Of a stretch of DNA of 64,000 nucleotides, positions 40,041-49,525 are shown piece by piece. The notes under the pieces are model-generated. The model had not been told where the DNA came from, searched no databases, and saw only the letters and a program-made list of their open reading frames with translations. A program made the translations under genes and the position numbers. Source of the stretch: an uncultured Cytophagia bacterium (lineage in GTDB: Bacteria; Zhuqueibacterota; Zhuqueibacteria; Residuimicrobiales; Krinioviventaceae); contig CAZSMC010000018.1 in assembly GCA_964607755.1 (NCBI GenBank), forward strand, positions 82 through 64,081, in the 5' to 3' direction. Each line of letters starts with the position of its first letter. Position 1 is the first letter of the stretch.

Positions 40041-40634
40041 TTAGCTTTTTCTTCCCATTGAACGGATGAGAATGTGTTTGTTGCCGTTGAAATAATCGAT
40101 TCCTGAATACAACGTCACGATCGCAGCCAGAGAGATTAAAAGCGTAGCCAGTTTAACCTGGGCAAATACATAAAGTGGTTCTGGCAAAAAGTGTATTTTT
40201 TGCAGGAAATAGATCAACAGAACAGGTGCAGTGCTGCCCGCCTGAAACCAGGCTTTGACTTTGCCGCTCTTTCTGGCTGAAACGACTACATTCTCGCGAA
40301 TAGCAAATACGCGCAAAATCGCCACAAAAACATCGCGATAAAAAAAGATGGCAATAATCCACACCGGAGCCAGGTCGGCGCTGAGGAAACATAAAAAGAT
40401 CGTAAAACGGCTGATACTGTCGGCAAACGGGTCCATGAGTTTACCGAAATCTGTAATCAGGTTTTTCTGCCGCGCCAGCCGGCCGTCGTAAAAGTCGGTT
40501 AGCTCAAAGATAATTAAAAGAATCAGACAAACAAAAATTGACCACGCCGTGTTTATGGCGAAAAAAAGGAGAAAAAGCGGACTGGCAATGATTCGAATCA
40601 AGGTTAAGGTGTTTGGTGTATTCATAGCGCTCAC
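40041..40634 (-). CDS. pgsA: CDP-alcohol phosphatidyltransferase (PgsA-like).
   Basis: It has NTLTLIRIIASPLF and the D...DG(x)2AR...G...D motif (DFYDGRLARQ...DPFAD), at 197 aa. Confidence 0.75.
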   Translation of the reverse strand: MSAMNTPNTLTLIRIIASPLFLLFFAINTAWSIFVCLILLIIFELTDFYDGRLARQKNLITDFGKLMDPFADSISRFTIFLCFLSADLAPVWIIAIFFYRDVFVAILRVFAIRENVVVSARKSGKVKAWFQAGSTAPVLLIYFLQKIHFLPEPLYVFAQVKLATLLISLAAIVTLYSGIDYFNGNKHILIRSMGRKS

Positions 40635-40841
40635 TTTTCGTTAGCCTCAATTATTCACCACAAAGATCACAAAGTTTAAAAAAATCAAAACTATCGATGA
40701 AATAAATATTTTTTTATTAGAATTCTTAGTTTGAAATCGTTAGTACATATAACCTATTGTTCTTCGTGATCTTCGTGTGCTCTGCGGTTAAATTCATGAA
40801 TTAATCAGGTTAGAATGAAACCAAAAGATAAAGAATTATTT

Positions 40842-41078
40842 GCCAAGCATCAAGCGATTTTCTGTGGGAAAAGGTAAAAGCTCACTGATGGGAGAAAATC
40901 TTTGCAACATTACAAAAATGGGCTAAAGCCCGTTATGTTGAGAGGTCATCTTTAAACCCCGAGCTAAAGCTCGGGGCAATATTATAGCCCCGACTTTCAA
41001 GTCGGGGCTATTATTGAGATTCTTTAATAGGCACTTTAGTGCCAAATTTTGAAACTTCCACCCAAGACTGAGCTTTTC
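40842..41078 (+). repeat. Repeat family A, copy 1 (multi-hairpin ~235-bp element).
   Basis: It is about 88% identical to 56953-57180 in the same orientation. It contains four hairpins with TAAA/TTTA loops (GGGCtaaaGCCC; CCCCGAGCtaaaGCTCGGGG; AGCCCCGACTTtcAAGTCGGGGCT; GGCACtttaGTGCC). Its ends resemble terminal inverted repeats (TGGGAG...CTCCCACCCA). Confidence 0.85.
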
Positions 41079-41181
41079 CGGCAAAAGTAACCTTTTCCAC
41101 CAGTCTTTAAATAATAGGAATCAAATTATCTTTTGGCTCGATTTTTGTAAAAAACTAAGAGAATAAAAAAATGTGGTGACC

Positions 41182-43323
41182 ATGGCTTTAAATAAAATTC
41201 TGCTCACTCTTCTTTTTACAAATATCGCAATAGGCCAGAATGTTATCGAACAGTATCAGGTCCACGAGCTTCAGTTCACTGGCCAGTCATATAACAATCC
41301 CTATCAATCGGTGCGTTTTTACGCCCATTTTGACGGGCCCGGCGAAGCGTCTTTTGATATCGAAGGATTCTGGAACGGAGATTCGACCTGGAATATTCGC
41401 GTAGCACTGACTGAGGTTGGCACGTGGACGTACCAGACCACATCCAACGATTCACTTTTAGATAACCAGACCGGTACGATCGAGTGTGTTGCCTCGGACC
41501 GGCGTGGATTTCTGACGACCTCCGGGCAACACTTTTATTATCAGGACGGAACGCCTGTATTTCGAATGGGAGATACCTGCTGGCGAGGTTTTCGCTCCAA
41601 AAACGCAGATTACGACAGCTTGTTTGTGCCTTACATCGATGCCCGGGCTGCACAAGGTTTCAACTATCTTATGAGTGTGGTTCATACTGTTGGTGATTCA
41701 TCCATTAATGAGGGCGGCAATTTGTGGCCCCGTGGCAATCTCGATTATCCGAATCCAAATTATTTCGAATGGATCGACAAGCGCGTGGAATATGCCAATT
41801 CCAAAGGTATTACAGTTGGAATGCTTTTCGTCTGGGCGCAAACTTTCGAGGATTTTACCCGGGACCAGTTCAGCCGGTTTCGGCGGTACATTGTCGGCCG
41901 GTATGCCGCCTATGATGTGGTATGGATTATTTCCGGCGAGTATACAGAACGATGTTGGCCCGAAGATTATCATTACCACGCCGATATCATTAAACACGGC
42001 AGCGACTATGATGCAGGTGATCCGTATGACCATCCGATTTCTATCCATCCCAGCGGCAATGAAACCAATACGCAGGATTATGATCTGTTTCATACCTGGC
42101 TGGGATTTGTCATGCAGCAATATTATGGTTCACCGTCTTTATTGCATTCTGTGGTAACCTCTGACCGCGCTTATGGCTTGCCGGTGGCAACGGATGAATT
42201 CGGCTATGAAGGCCCGACAGACCCGGGCGATCCCGCCTATTATTCCAGCAATCAAACTCCGGATGAAATCCGCAAAGATGCCTGGACTATTGCCATGTCC
42301 GGAGGTTATTTTACTTATGGCAACATTTACACCTACACCGGCAAGGAACGAATTATTGACTTGAGTAAGTTACAGACTCCCGGGGCACAATACATGGGAG
42401 AATTGAAAACGTATTTGACTGAAAAAGTGCCTTATTTCGAATTATCGCCGATGAATAGTTGTGTGCTTAGTGGAGAAGGATATTGCATGGCCAAAGCAGA
42501 TTCCTTGTACCTGGTATATATGCCCGGCAGCGGTGATGTGGAAATCAATTTGCAGTCGACGGAACCCCTGTTTCAAGCCACATGGTACCGGCCGTCAACG
42601 CAGGATTCGCTGTCCGGCGGATTTGTTCAGGGCGCGCAGAGTACAGTTTGTTCCAATCCCTTTTCTGATGATGCGTTGCTCATTCTCGATAAATATCACG
42701 ATCCGGTTGCGCAGATAAGAGTCTTTTTAGAAGGCGCCTACGACTCTACAGGGCAATGCATGAGCACACACCTGGCGGATTCTAGCTTGATTCCCGGTCA
42801 AGCGCCCTATCCTGAAGATACGTGTTCCGTAACAAGCGTTAGCGATAGTACAACGGACTGGATTTTACTGGAACTTTATGAAACTCTTGACGGCCCTGCT
42901 GGTTACTCTAAAAGCGTGCTCCTCCGCCGCGATGGCTATCTGGTGTCGAATAATGGTCAGACACCTTACATCGGATTCCCGGACAGTCTGAACGGCTCCT
43001 ATTACCTGTCTATTCATCACCGGAATCACTATTCCGTGAAAAGCGCATCAACCATTTCACTTGCACCTGATAATATTGCCAGTTATGATTTCACCGACAG
43101 CGAGTCCAAATATTCAACATCACAATATGCGAAAGAGGTCGATTCGAACGTGTGGGCGATACGATGCGGTGATCTGGATAAAAACGGCGCTGTTGAAGAG
43201 GCAGATATCTCGATGTGGCGTCAGTCGGCAGAGAACGGGGATTCTGGATACGTGAATGCAGATGTTAATCTGGACAGTCACACCACGACGGAAGATTATA
43301 CATTGATGCGCAACAATCAATGA
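41182..43323 (+). CDS. Secreted DUF5060/DUF4038 (GH140-like) glycoside hydrolase with a C-terminal dockerin-like module.
   Basis: It has a signal peptide, an N-terminal beta-sandwich (QYQVHELQFTG...VRFYAHF...GTWTYQT), a TIM-barrel-like middle, and a C-terminal Ca-binding repeat (DLDKNGAVEEADISMW). It shares a ~200-aa C-terminal module with the 57395-59785 gene. Confidence 0.55.
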   Translation: MALNKILLTLLFTNIAIGQNVIEQYQVHELQFTGQSYNNPYQSVRFYAHFDGPGEASFDIEGFWNGDSTWNIRVALTEVGTWTYQTTSNDSLLDNQTGTIECVASDRRGFLTTSGQHFYYQDGTPVFRMGDTCWRGFRSKNADYDSLFVPYIDARAAQGFNYLMSVVHTVGDSSINEGGNLWPRGNLDYPNPNYFEWIDKRVEYANSKGITVGMLFVWAQTFEDFTRDQFSRFRRYIVGRYAAYDVVWIISGEYTERCWPEDYHYHADIIKHGSDYDAGDPYDHPISIHPSGNETNTQDYDLFHTWLGFVMQQYYGSPSLLHSVVTSDRAYGLPVATDEFGYEGPTDPGDPAYYSSNQTPDEIRKDAWTIAMSGGYFTYGNIYTYTGKERIIDLSKLQTPGAQYMGELKTYLTEKVPYFELSPMNSCVLSGEGYCMAKADSLYLVYMPGSGDVEINLQSTEPLFQATWYRPSTQDSLSGGFVQGAQSTVCSNPFSDDALLILDKYHDPVAQIRVFLEGAYDSTGQCMSTHLADSSLIPGQAPYPEDTCSVTSVSDSTTDWILLELYETLDGPAGYSKSVLLRRDGYLVSNNGQTPYIGFPDSLNGSYYLSIHHRNHYSVKSASTISLAPDNIASYDFTDSESKYSTSQYAKEVDSNVWAIRCGDLDKNGAVEEADISMWRQSAENGDSGYVNADVNLDSHTTTEDYTLMRNNQ

Positions 43324-44219
43324 ATTTTGAATTTCTGTGCGTTCCGAAACTCTCCCTTGTTATAAAGATAACCTTCTGCCGTGTAAAGAATCAGTGCGAT
43401 CCAGATGAAACAGAATCCGATAAAACGATTGATCGTGAACGGTTCATGGTAAACCGCCACGCCGAGGAAAAATTGGAGAGTTGGCGCGATGTATTGTAAA
43501 AATCCAAGCAGCGATAGTTTTATTTGCCGGGCTGCAGAGGCAAACAGAATCAGCGGCAGGGCAGTCGCTACGCCCGCTCCGATTAATAACAATACGGTCG
43601 TATAATTGCTGTTCAAAACCGCTGTCGAGCCCTGATGTCCGATGACGAACAAGAGTCCGACTGCCGGCACACTCAATATTGCCGTTTCTACTCCCAGTCC
43701 TTCCAACGACTCCAGAGCCATTGTTTTGCGAAACAGTCCATAGGTACCAAAAGTTAATGTGAGCGTAAGAGCAATCCACGGAAAAGAGCCGTAACGAAAG
43801 GTAAGGTAGAGTACGCCCAGAGCAGCAATGCTGATGGCAAGCCACTGCACCCGGCGCAAGCGCTCGTGTAAAACAATCACTCCCAGAAACACATTGAACA
43901 GCGGATTGATAAAGTATCCCAAACTGGCTTCCACAATAAATCCGGATGTGACGGCATAAATATACGTGAGCCAGTTCATGGCAAGAATAGCGGCTGTGAC
44001 AAAAGAAATGATCAATTTTTTAGGATTGTGGCGCACCCGGTCAAATCCGCGCCACTGCCCCCGCACTGCCAGTAATAATACAACAAACAGAAATGACCAG
44101 ACAATGCGGTGTGTCAAAATTTCAAATGCAGAGACATGATCTAAAAGTTTCCAGTAAACCGGCAAAATGCCCCATAAGAAATAGGCGGCTATACCGTATA
44201 ATGTGCCTTTGTTTTGCAT
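43317..44219 (-). CDS. rarD: EamA/RarD family transporter.
   Basis: It has ten TM segments, and YGIAAYFLWGILPVYWKLL matches the RarD N-terminal signature. Confidence 0.7.
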   Translation of the reverse strand: MQNKGTLYGIAAYFLWGILPVYWKLLDHVSAFEILTHRIVWSFLFVVLLLAVRGQWRGFDRVRHNPKKLIISFVTAAILAMNWLTYIYAVTSGFIVEASLGYFINPLFNVFLGVIVLHERLRRVQWLAISIAALGVLYLTFRYGSFPWIALTLTLTFGTYGLFRKTMALESLEGLGVETAILSVPAVGLLFVIGHQGSTAVLNSNYTTVLLLIGAGVATALPLILFASAARQIKLSLLGFLQYIAPTLQFFLGVAVYHEPFTINRFIGFCFIWIALILYTAEGYLYNKGEFRNAQKFKIH

Positions 44220-44598
44220 TTTTTCACTAATTATAAAAGGTTGCTAAAACCGAAAAAACACAATTTCAATTAGAATAAACATAAAGTTAAATGTCCAATA
44301 TTCACAAATAACAAAGTTGAAAGATGATTTCTCTCTTGCGTTGGTAAAATATGTTACATAATAATAAATTTACAACATTAACAATTCTATTTAATTCGTT
44401 AAAGAAAAGGATAAAAGATATTACGCTATAGTGCTCAAAATCCCATCCGAAAAGGATATCGATTTGACATCTGCGCGCAACACTATCACCAGCGGCCAAT
44501 GCCGCAATCAGTGTAGAAAGATTTTGAGGAGTTTTGCAACGTGACTTTTTGGTAAGGATACCGCGTCAAAGAGTGTTCGCCTGTGTTTTCTGTTAGCT

Positions 44599-45507
44599 TT
44601 ATCCGGCCAACGCCTCGTTTATATTATGAATGGCTTCATCAATTTCGGTAGTGCTCTTGAATCCGATAACGACTCCATCCAAAAATCCGGGCTGCAAGGC
44701 AAAACGGATGGATTTTTTGCGATCATCAAGTTTGGTAAAGTCGCCTTCGCCGATGATTTTCATGCCAACAATGCCGTGGCCATTTTCACGCATCCGGCCC
44801 ATCAAATCGACGACTTTTTGCACATGTTGGGACTTGCTATCATCAAAATAGGTTCCTTTTTCCGTGTCAATCTTTACACCTTGCGGATTGACGCGAACCA
44901 GATTGACATCCACCCATTTCAAGGCGGTTGCTTTTCGCAGGGCTGGCAGCGAATGACAGGACACGCCATGAGAGCGGATAACCTGCTTGTGTTTAGCTTC
45001 TTCAAAAGCGTCCATCAGGCGTTTGTGGGTTTCATCCCAATCCTTGTGAATTTTGCAATGGAGCAACACACTGTCAATATAATCGACACCAAGTTCTTTT
45101 CGAAAACGGTCCAGTTCTTTGAGCGGATCCTGTGGCCGGCCGCCCATTTTGGTGGTGATAAATAATTTTTCCCTTGGCAATCCTTTAATAGCCTGACGAA
45201 TCCAGGTATGGGTCTGGTAGCCGTCTGCGGTGTCGATGTGAGTAATGCCGTGGTCGTAGGCATAGCGAATGAGCCGGTCGAATCCATCGTGACCGAGTGC
45301 GCGCTGAACCCGGCCGCTTGAAGTGCCGGTGCCAATGCCCAAGCGGCTCACACTCAATCCGGTTTTGCCCAACGCCACCTGGTCCGAAGCGGTCAGTTTC
45401 TGTTCAGGAACCGCGCCTTTTACACCTTGTGTGATTGCAAGGCTGACGCCAGCGAGTCCGGCCGTTGCTTTGAGAAAACTTCTGCGGGATATATCTTGTT
45501 TTTTCAT
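44599..45507 (-). CDS. Aldo/keto reductase with a Tat signal peptide.
   Basis: A twin-arginine motif (SRRSFLKATAGLAG) is followed by the AKR core (DTADGYQTH). Confidence 0.7.
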   Translation of the reverse strand: MKKQDISRRSFLKATAGLAGVSLAITQGVKGAVPEQKLTASDQVALGKTGLSVSRLGIGTGTSSGRVQRALGHDGFDRLIRYAYDHGITHIDTADGYQTHTWIRQAIKGLPREKLFITTKMGGRPQDPLKELDRFRKELGVDYIDSVLLHCKIHKDWDETHKRLMDAFEEAKHKQVIRSHGVSCHSLPALRKATALKWVDVNLVRVNPQGVKIDTEKGTYFDDSKSQHVQKVVDLMGRMRENGHGIVGMKIIGEGDFTKLDDRKKSIRFALQPGFLDGVVIGFKSTTEIDEAIHNINEALAG

Positions 45508-45567
45508 TTTTTACCTCCTGTGATAAATTGCAATGAAAATCATCCTTGTCATTTTTCGCTTGTAAGG

Positions 45568-46839
45568 TTAATAATAACGTCGGCGTCTGCTGCCAAATCG
45601 GGGATTGACAATATTGCTGTAAATCGAACCAAAGGTATATCTGAAACCTAAAGATACAAAATAATCATAGTCTGTCGCAATCTCTTTTTGACGGAGCAGA
45701 ATTTCCTGTTCTGTGGCTTCTTCTATCGGCAAAGATAATTGATCCCGAATCATGGATATATTGCCAAATATATCCAGTGAAAACCCTTCAAAAAGCTGGA
45801 GGTTTATATTACAAAATAATTCGACTCTATTCTTCGAAAAATCATGAAAATAATGCGATCCCTCCAGGGTGGACTCCAACGATCCCCACGGTTCTTTGAG
45901 TTCGAACGTAGCAGACAGGCTTTCATAAAACAATTTTTGCTTCATCTTTCCATAAATCGTCTCATCGACATAATTTACTTCTCTGTACAATGTTCTGTAA
46001 AGGATGCGAAATTCCCGCCGGGTGTATTCGGAATAAGGAAAAATATTATATTCCATCGCTGGACCAACCTCACCTGCCAGGTCGATGTTTGAATAGGTAG
46101 AAGAATTCAGGTTGGCATAACCACCTGCTGACCAGTGGTCAGAAAGACTTTTGACATACATGCCGCGAAAATTGCGGGAACGCCGGATACCGGTCAGCGT
46201 TTCGTCCTCAAATTCAAAATGTTCCTCCCGGTAAGAATTTCTCAAGCTCAAAGCGATTTTCGATTCCGGTGTTACCCGGTCAATCGAAAATGAAGCATCC
46301 AGTCTGTATTCGCTTCTGGACTCTTCGCCGTCCAGGTCCCAATCAAAATCAACATTAAAGACCCAGAAATCCCACTTGTCTGTGACAATGTCTTCATCTC
46401 CCCGGGTATAATTGATATCGATGTATTCTGCAAGCGGGGTTTTGTGGACGTAACGCATCAAACCTAGTTTTAAGACCCGGACAATGCCCCGGCGCCTCTC
46501 TTCTTCAGATGCAAACTGGGTTGCCACATATTTAAGGGTATCATCAACAGACTCGAAATTTTGCTGACCGATCAAGTGAATGGTATATTCGCGGCCGCCG
46601 GCGCCGGTTTGCTGCCGCGACATCATGACATAAATCTGAGCCTGTTTTCTGTCGCGCACGTAATTTACAAATTGTATTTCTGATTTGATAAATTCTTCAT
46701 ATCGGCGCGATACATCAAGAAATACCTTGACCGCTTGTTCTTTAAGATTATTTTTTTGAGCGTTCGCTTCCTGACCAAAAATAATATCAGTCATCCCCAT
46801 CGTGAAAATTAGAAAAGGCCTTTTCAAATTTAACAACAT
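45568..46839 (-). CDS. Hypothetical secreted / outer-membrane protein.
   Basis: It has an N-terminal signal-like segment, alternating beta-strand-like composition and a C-terminal aromatic residue. No family could be assigned. Confidence 0.35.
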   Translation of the reverse strand: MLLNLKRPFLIFTMGMTDIIFGQEANAQKNNLKEQAVKVFLDVSRRYEEFIKSEIQFVNYVRDRKQAQIYVMMSRQQTGAGGREYTIHLIGQQNFESVDDTLKYVATQFASEEERRRGIVRVLKLGLMRYVHKTPLAEYIDINYTRGDEDIVTDKWDFWVFNVDFDWDLDGEESRSEYRLDASFSIDRVTPESKIALSLRNSYREEHFEFEDETLTGIRRSRNFRGMYVKSLSDHWSAGGYANLNSSTYSNIDLAGEVGPAMEYNIFPYSEYTRREFRILYRTLYREVNYVDETIYGKMKQKLFYESLSATFELKEPWGSLESTLEGSHYFHDFSKNRVELFCNINLQLFEGFSLDIFGNISMIRDQLSLPIEEATEQEILLRQKEIATDYDYFVSLGFRYTFGSIYSNIVNPRFGSRRRRYY

Positions 46840-46945
46840 ACAATCAATACCTCCAATGGATACATTTTCCAGTTGAACTTTTTCCAGTTTCCGATTTTGG
46901 CTTTCAGACGTTTAAGACTTTAAATTGTTCAATAAAAACTCCCCT

Positions 46946-49369
46946 CTATCTGTCACCTGCCCTGATATGCCAGCTCACTTTGCCGCGCAACGGATCATCA
47001 ACCAGTTCAAAACCTTTGTCCGTTTTTTGAAGCAGCACCTCGTGCAGCTTTTGGGTGGACGGCAGGCACACCAGCCCTTTGGCTTGATCAGATGTAGCAG
47101 AGTAAACCTTTAAATCCAAAGTTGACCAGTCCATTTGCGAGGTAGATTGCGCCAGTTTGATATGCGGCAGAACCGATCCTTCGCGAACCAGCACCACAGC
47201 AGGGATATCACCAGCACGAATGTGATGCCAGCCGTCTTGATACAATTTTCCGGTCTGATAGTCGATCCATTGGCCGGGGGGCAGGTAAACGTCGCGGGAA
47301 GTGGCATTTTGGAATAGCGGTGCTACCAGCATATCCGAGCCAAAAAGATATTGATCATCGACCAGCCAGGAACCGGGATCATTTGGAAATTCTACAAATA
47401 AAGCCCGAAGCATGGGCAAACCGTGTTCCGAGCAGTGTTTGGCCTGAGCATAAATGTACGGCATGAGTCTGTATCTCATTTCATCTGCTTTGCGAAAGGC
47501 TTTTAAAAACTCCTCGTCATATTCCCAGGGTTCAGTTGGCGGGGCTCCGTGACTGCGGGTGTGCGAGGTTAGCATACCAAATGCCGTCCAGCGGCGATAC
47601 AGGTTTTCCGGAGCCTTTTGAACGAACCCGCCAAGATCATGTGCCCAGAATGAAAATCCTGACAGGCCAATTGACAGTCCTGCCCGGAGGGTCGCGGCCA
47701 TAGCCGAGTTGGTGTTAGCCGGGTCGCCGCCCCAATGAACCGGATAGCGCTGGCTGCCAGCCCAGGTGCTGCGCGCCCAGATTATGGTATCGCCGGTGAT
47801 TTTTTGGGTGATCTCTGCAACCACCTTGTTGTATCTCAGCGGATACAAATTATGCTCGTAAAAACCGCTGCGCCCGGATGCATAAATACCGTTCACCGGC
47901 GCCGCTTCGCCAAAATCCACCTTGATGACACTCACGCCCTTTGAGAGCAAACCCGCAATCTTGTTCTGGTACCATGTGACAGCCTGTGGATTCGAAAAAT
48001 CGAGCACCGCATCTTCATAGGGCAGGTTGCCTTTTCGATCCCGCACATACAAACCCTTTTCGATAATGTCCGGAAACAGGTCATTTTGGGGCACAAAATA
48101 CGGTAACTGCCACAAACACGTGCGGAATCCCTGTTCTTTCAAATCTGCAATCATTTGTTCAGGATCATCAAAACGGGATTCGGAAAATTGATAATCGCAG
48201 CGCCAATCAGTTTCGAACCAGCCAGTGTCCAGATGAATCACATCGCTGGGGATTTTGTGCTGCCTGAGCTTTTGCGCCACATCGCGAACTTGTTTTTCTG
48301 AAAAATAAGTGATCCGGCTCATCCAGAATCCAAAAGACCACAGCGGCGGCATGGCTGCTTTGCCGGTGAGATCGGTGTATTCGTCCAGAATGGTTTTTGG
48401 TTCACCTAAAAAAACAAACAAATCCAGTTCGTCATCGCCAATCATCATGGTGTTGACGCCGCTAAAATATTTGCCAAAATCGCAGGTGATTGGCGACGAG
48501 GTGTGCATGAACATGCCATAACCGCGACTGCTCATGAAAAAAGGAACCGGCTTGTACATGGTCTCGTTTTGGGTACCGTTGGCATCATCGGTGAACAGCA
48601 CCACTTTTTGCCCGCGTTTGTTAAAAGCGGTAAACGATTCGCCGCAGCCGAATATTTTCTCATCCGGAGAAAGCGAAAACACCGCTGCCATGCTGGTCGA
48701 ATAATCGGATGCCCGGCGGACAAAAGAGAATGGCAAAACAGGAGTGAACGTTGTCCGGTTATCTGAGATGTGGTTGGTTTTGGTGAGCAGTTTGCCTTCA
48801 TCATCGCGGAACTCAACGTGCCAGGGGTATTCGGTGATAGTCACAGAGCCGTGTGCACTGGTATATCGATGGCCGCTGTCAATTTTTTCATACCTCCAGG
48901 CATCCCTGTTCTGACTCACAGTGCCATCAACTAACATGAGGGATTTTTTTTCTGACGGAATCTGGAATCGTGATTCGGTGCGAATCCGCACAGTCCGGGG
49001 TGAAATTAATTCAACGGAAAAATGCATAGCTGGTGAAGCCGCGTACTCTTGCGCCGGGAACTCATTCTGCTGCACTGGCTGGAGGCCGCCCAGCATATTG
49101 TTGAACGCCTGCCGGGTTACATACTCGTAGCGCCGGTAAACAAGCTTGCCTGCGCCTGTTTGCGGGTTAAAAGCGGCGAGGCTGTCAGCCAGATAATACG
49201 TGTTGGCAAAATTTCGGAAATCATTACTGATGTCGATGGGCTCATTGAGCAGGGCTTGTCTTTCATCGGGCGAATGAAAGGGAATCTGCGCCCGGGTTTC
49301 TATGCCTGCTGCAAGAAAAGTCAGACAAAATATAAACCCAACGATATAAATTTGATAGTAACGACTCAT
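46946..49369 (-). CDS. GH31 family alpha-glycosidase (alpha-xylosidase/alpha-glucosidase-like).
   Basis: It has a signal peptide, the catalytic-region motifs (GVSVIKVDFGE; WAGSQRYPVHWGGD) and a length of 807 aa. Confidence 0.75.
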   Translation of the reverse strand: MSRYYQIYIVGFIFCLTFLAAGIETRAQIPFHSPDERQALLNEPIDISNDFRNFANTYYLADSLAAFNPQTGAGKLVYRRYEYVTRQAFNNMLGGLQPVQQNEFPAQEYAASPAMHFSVELISPRTVRIRTESRFQIPSEKKSLMLVDGTVSQNRDAWRYEKIDSGHRYTSAHGSVTITEYPWHVEFRDDEGKLLTKTNHISDNRTTFTPVLPFSFVRRASDYSTSMAAVFSLSPDEKIFGCGESFTAFNKRGQKVVLFTDDANGTQNETMYKPVPFFMSSRGYGMFMHTSSPITCDFGKYFSGVNTMMIGDDELDLFVFLGEPKTILDEYTDLTGKAAMPPLWSFGFWMSRITYFSEKQVRDVAQKLRQHKIPSDVIHLDTGWFETDWRCDYQFSESRFDDPEQMIADLKEQGFRTCLWQLPYFVPQNDLFPDIIEKGLYVRDRKGNLPYEDAVLDFSNPQAVTWYQNKIAGLLSKGVSVIKVDFGEAAPVNGIYASGRSGFYEHNLYPLRYNKVVAEITQKITGDTIIWARSTWAGSQRYPVHWGGDPANTNSAMAATLRAGLSIGLSGFSFWAHDLGGFVQKAPENLYRRWTAFGMLTSHTRSHGAPPTEPWEYDEEFLKAFRKADEMRYRLMPYIYAQAKHCSEHGLPMLRALFVEFPNDPGSWLVDDQYLFGSDMLVAPLFQNATSRDVYLPPGQWIDYQTGKLYQDGWHHIRAGDIPAVVLVREGSVLPHIKLAQSTSQMDWSTLDLKVYSATSDQAKGLVCLPSTQKLHEVLLQKTDKGFELVDDPLRGKVSWHIRAGDR

Positions 49370-49525
49370 GATCTCCTCCTTTTCACAAAAATGTTTAGAT
49401 TGTGACAGAATTAAGGATTAAATATTTTACCTTGTTTCTTTCGGATTCAAATATTATAATTAAAGCATTAAAACACTAAAGAACAATATTTTTATCCACC
49501 TTTAACGAGATCATTATTGCGCATC

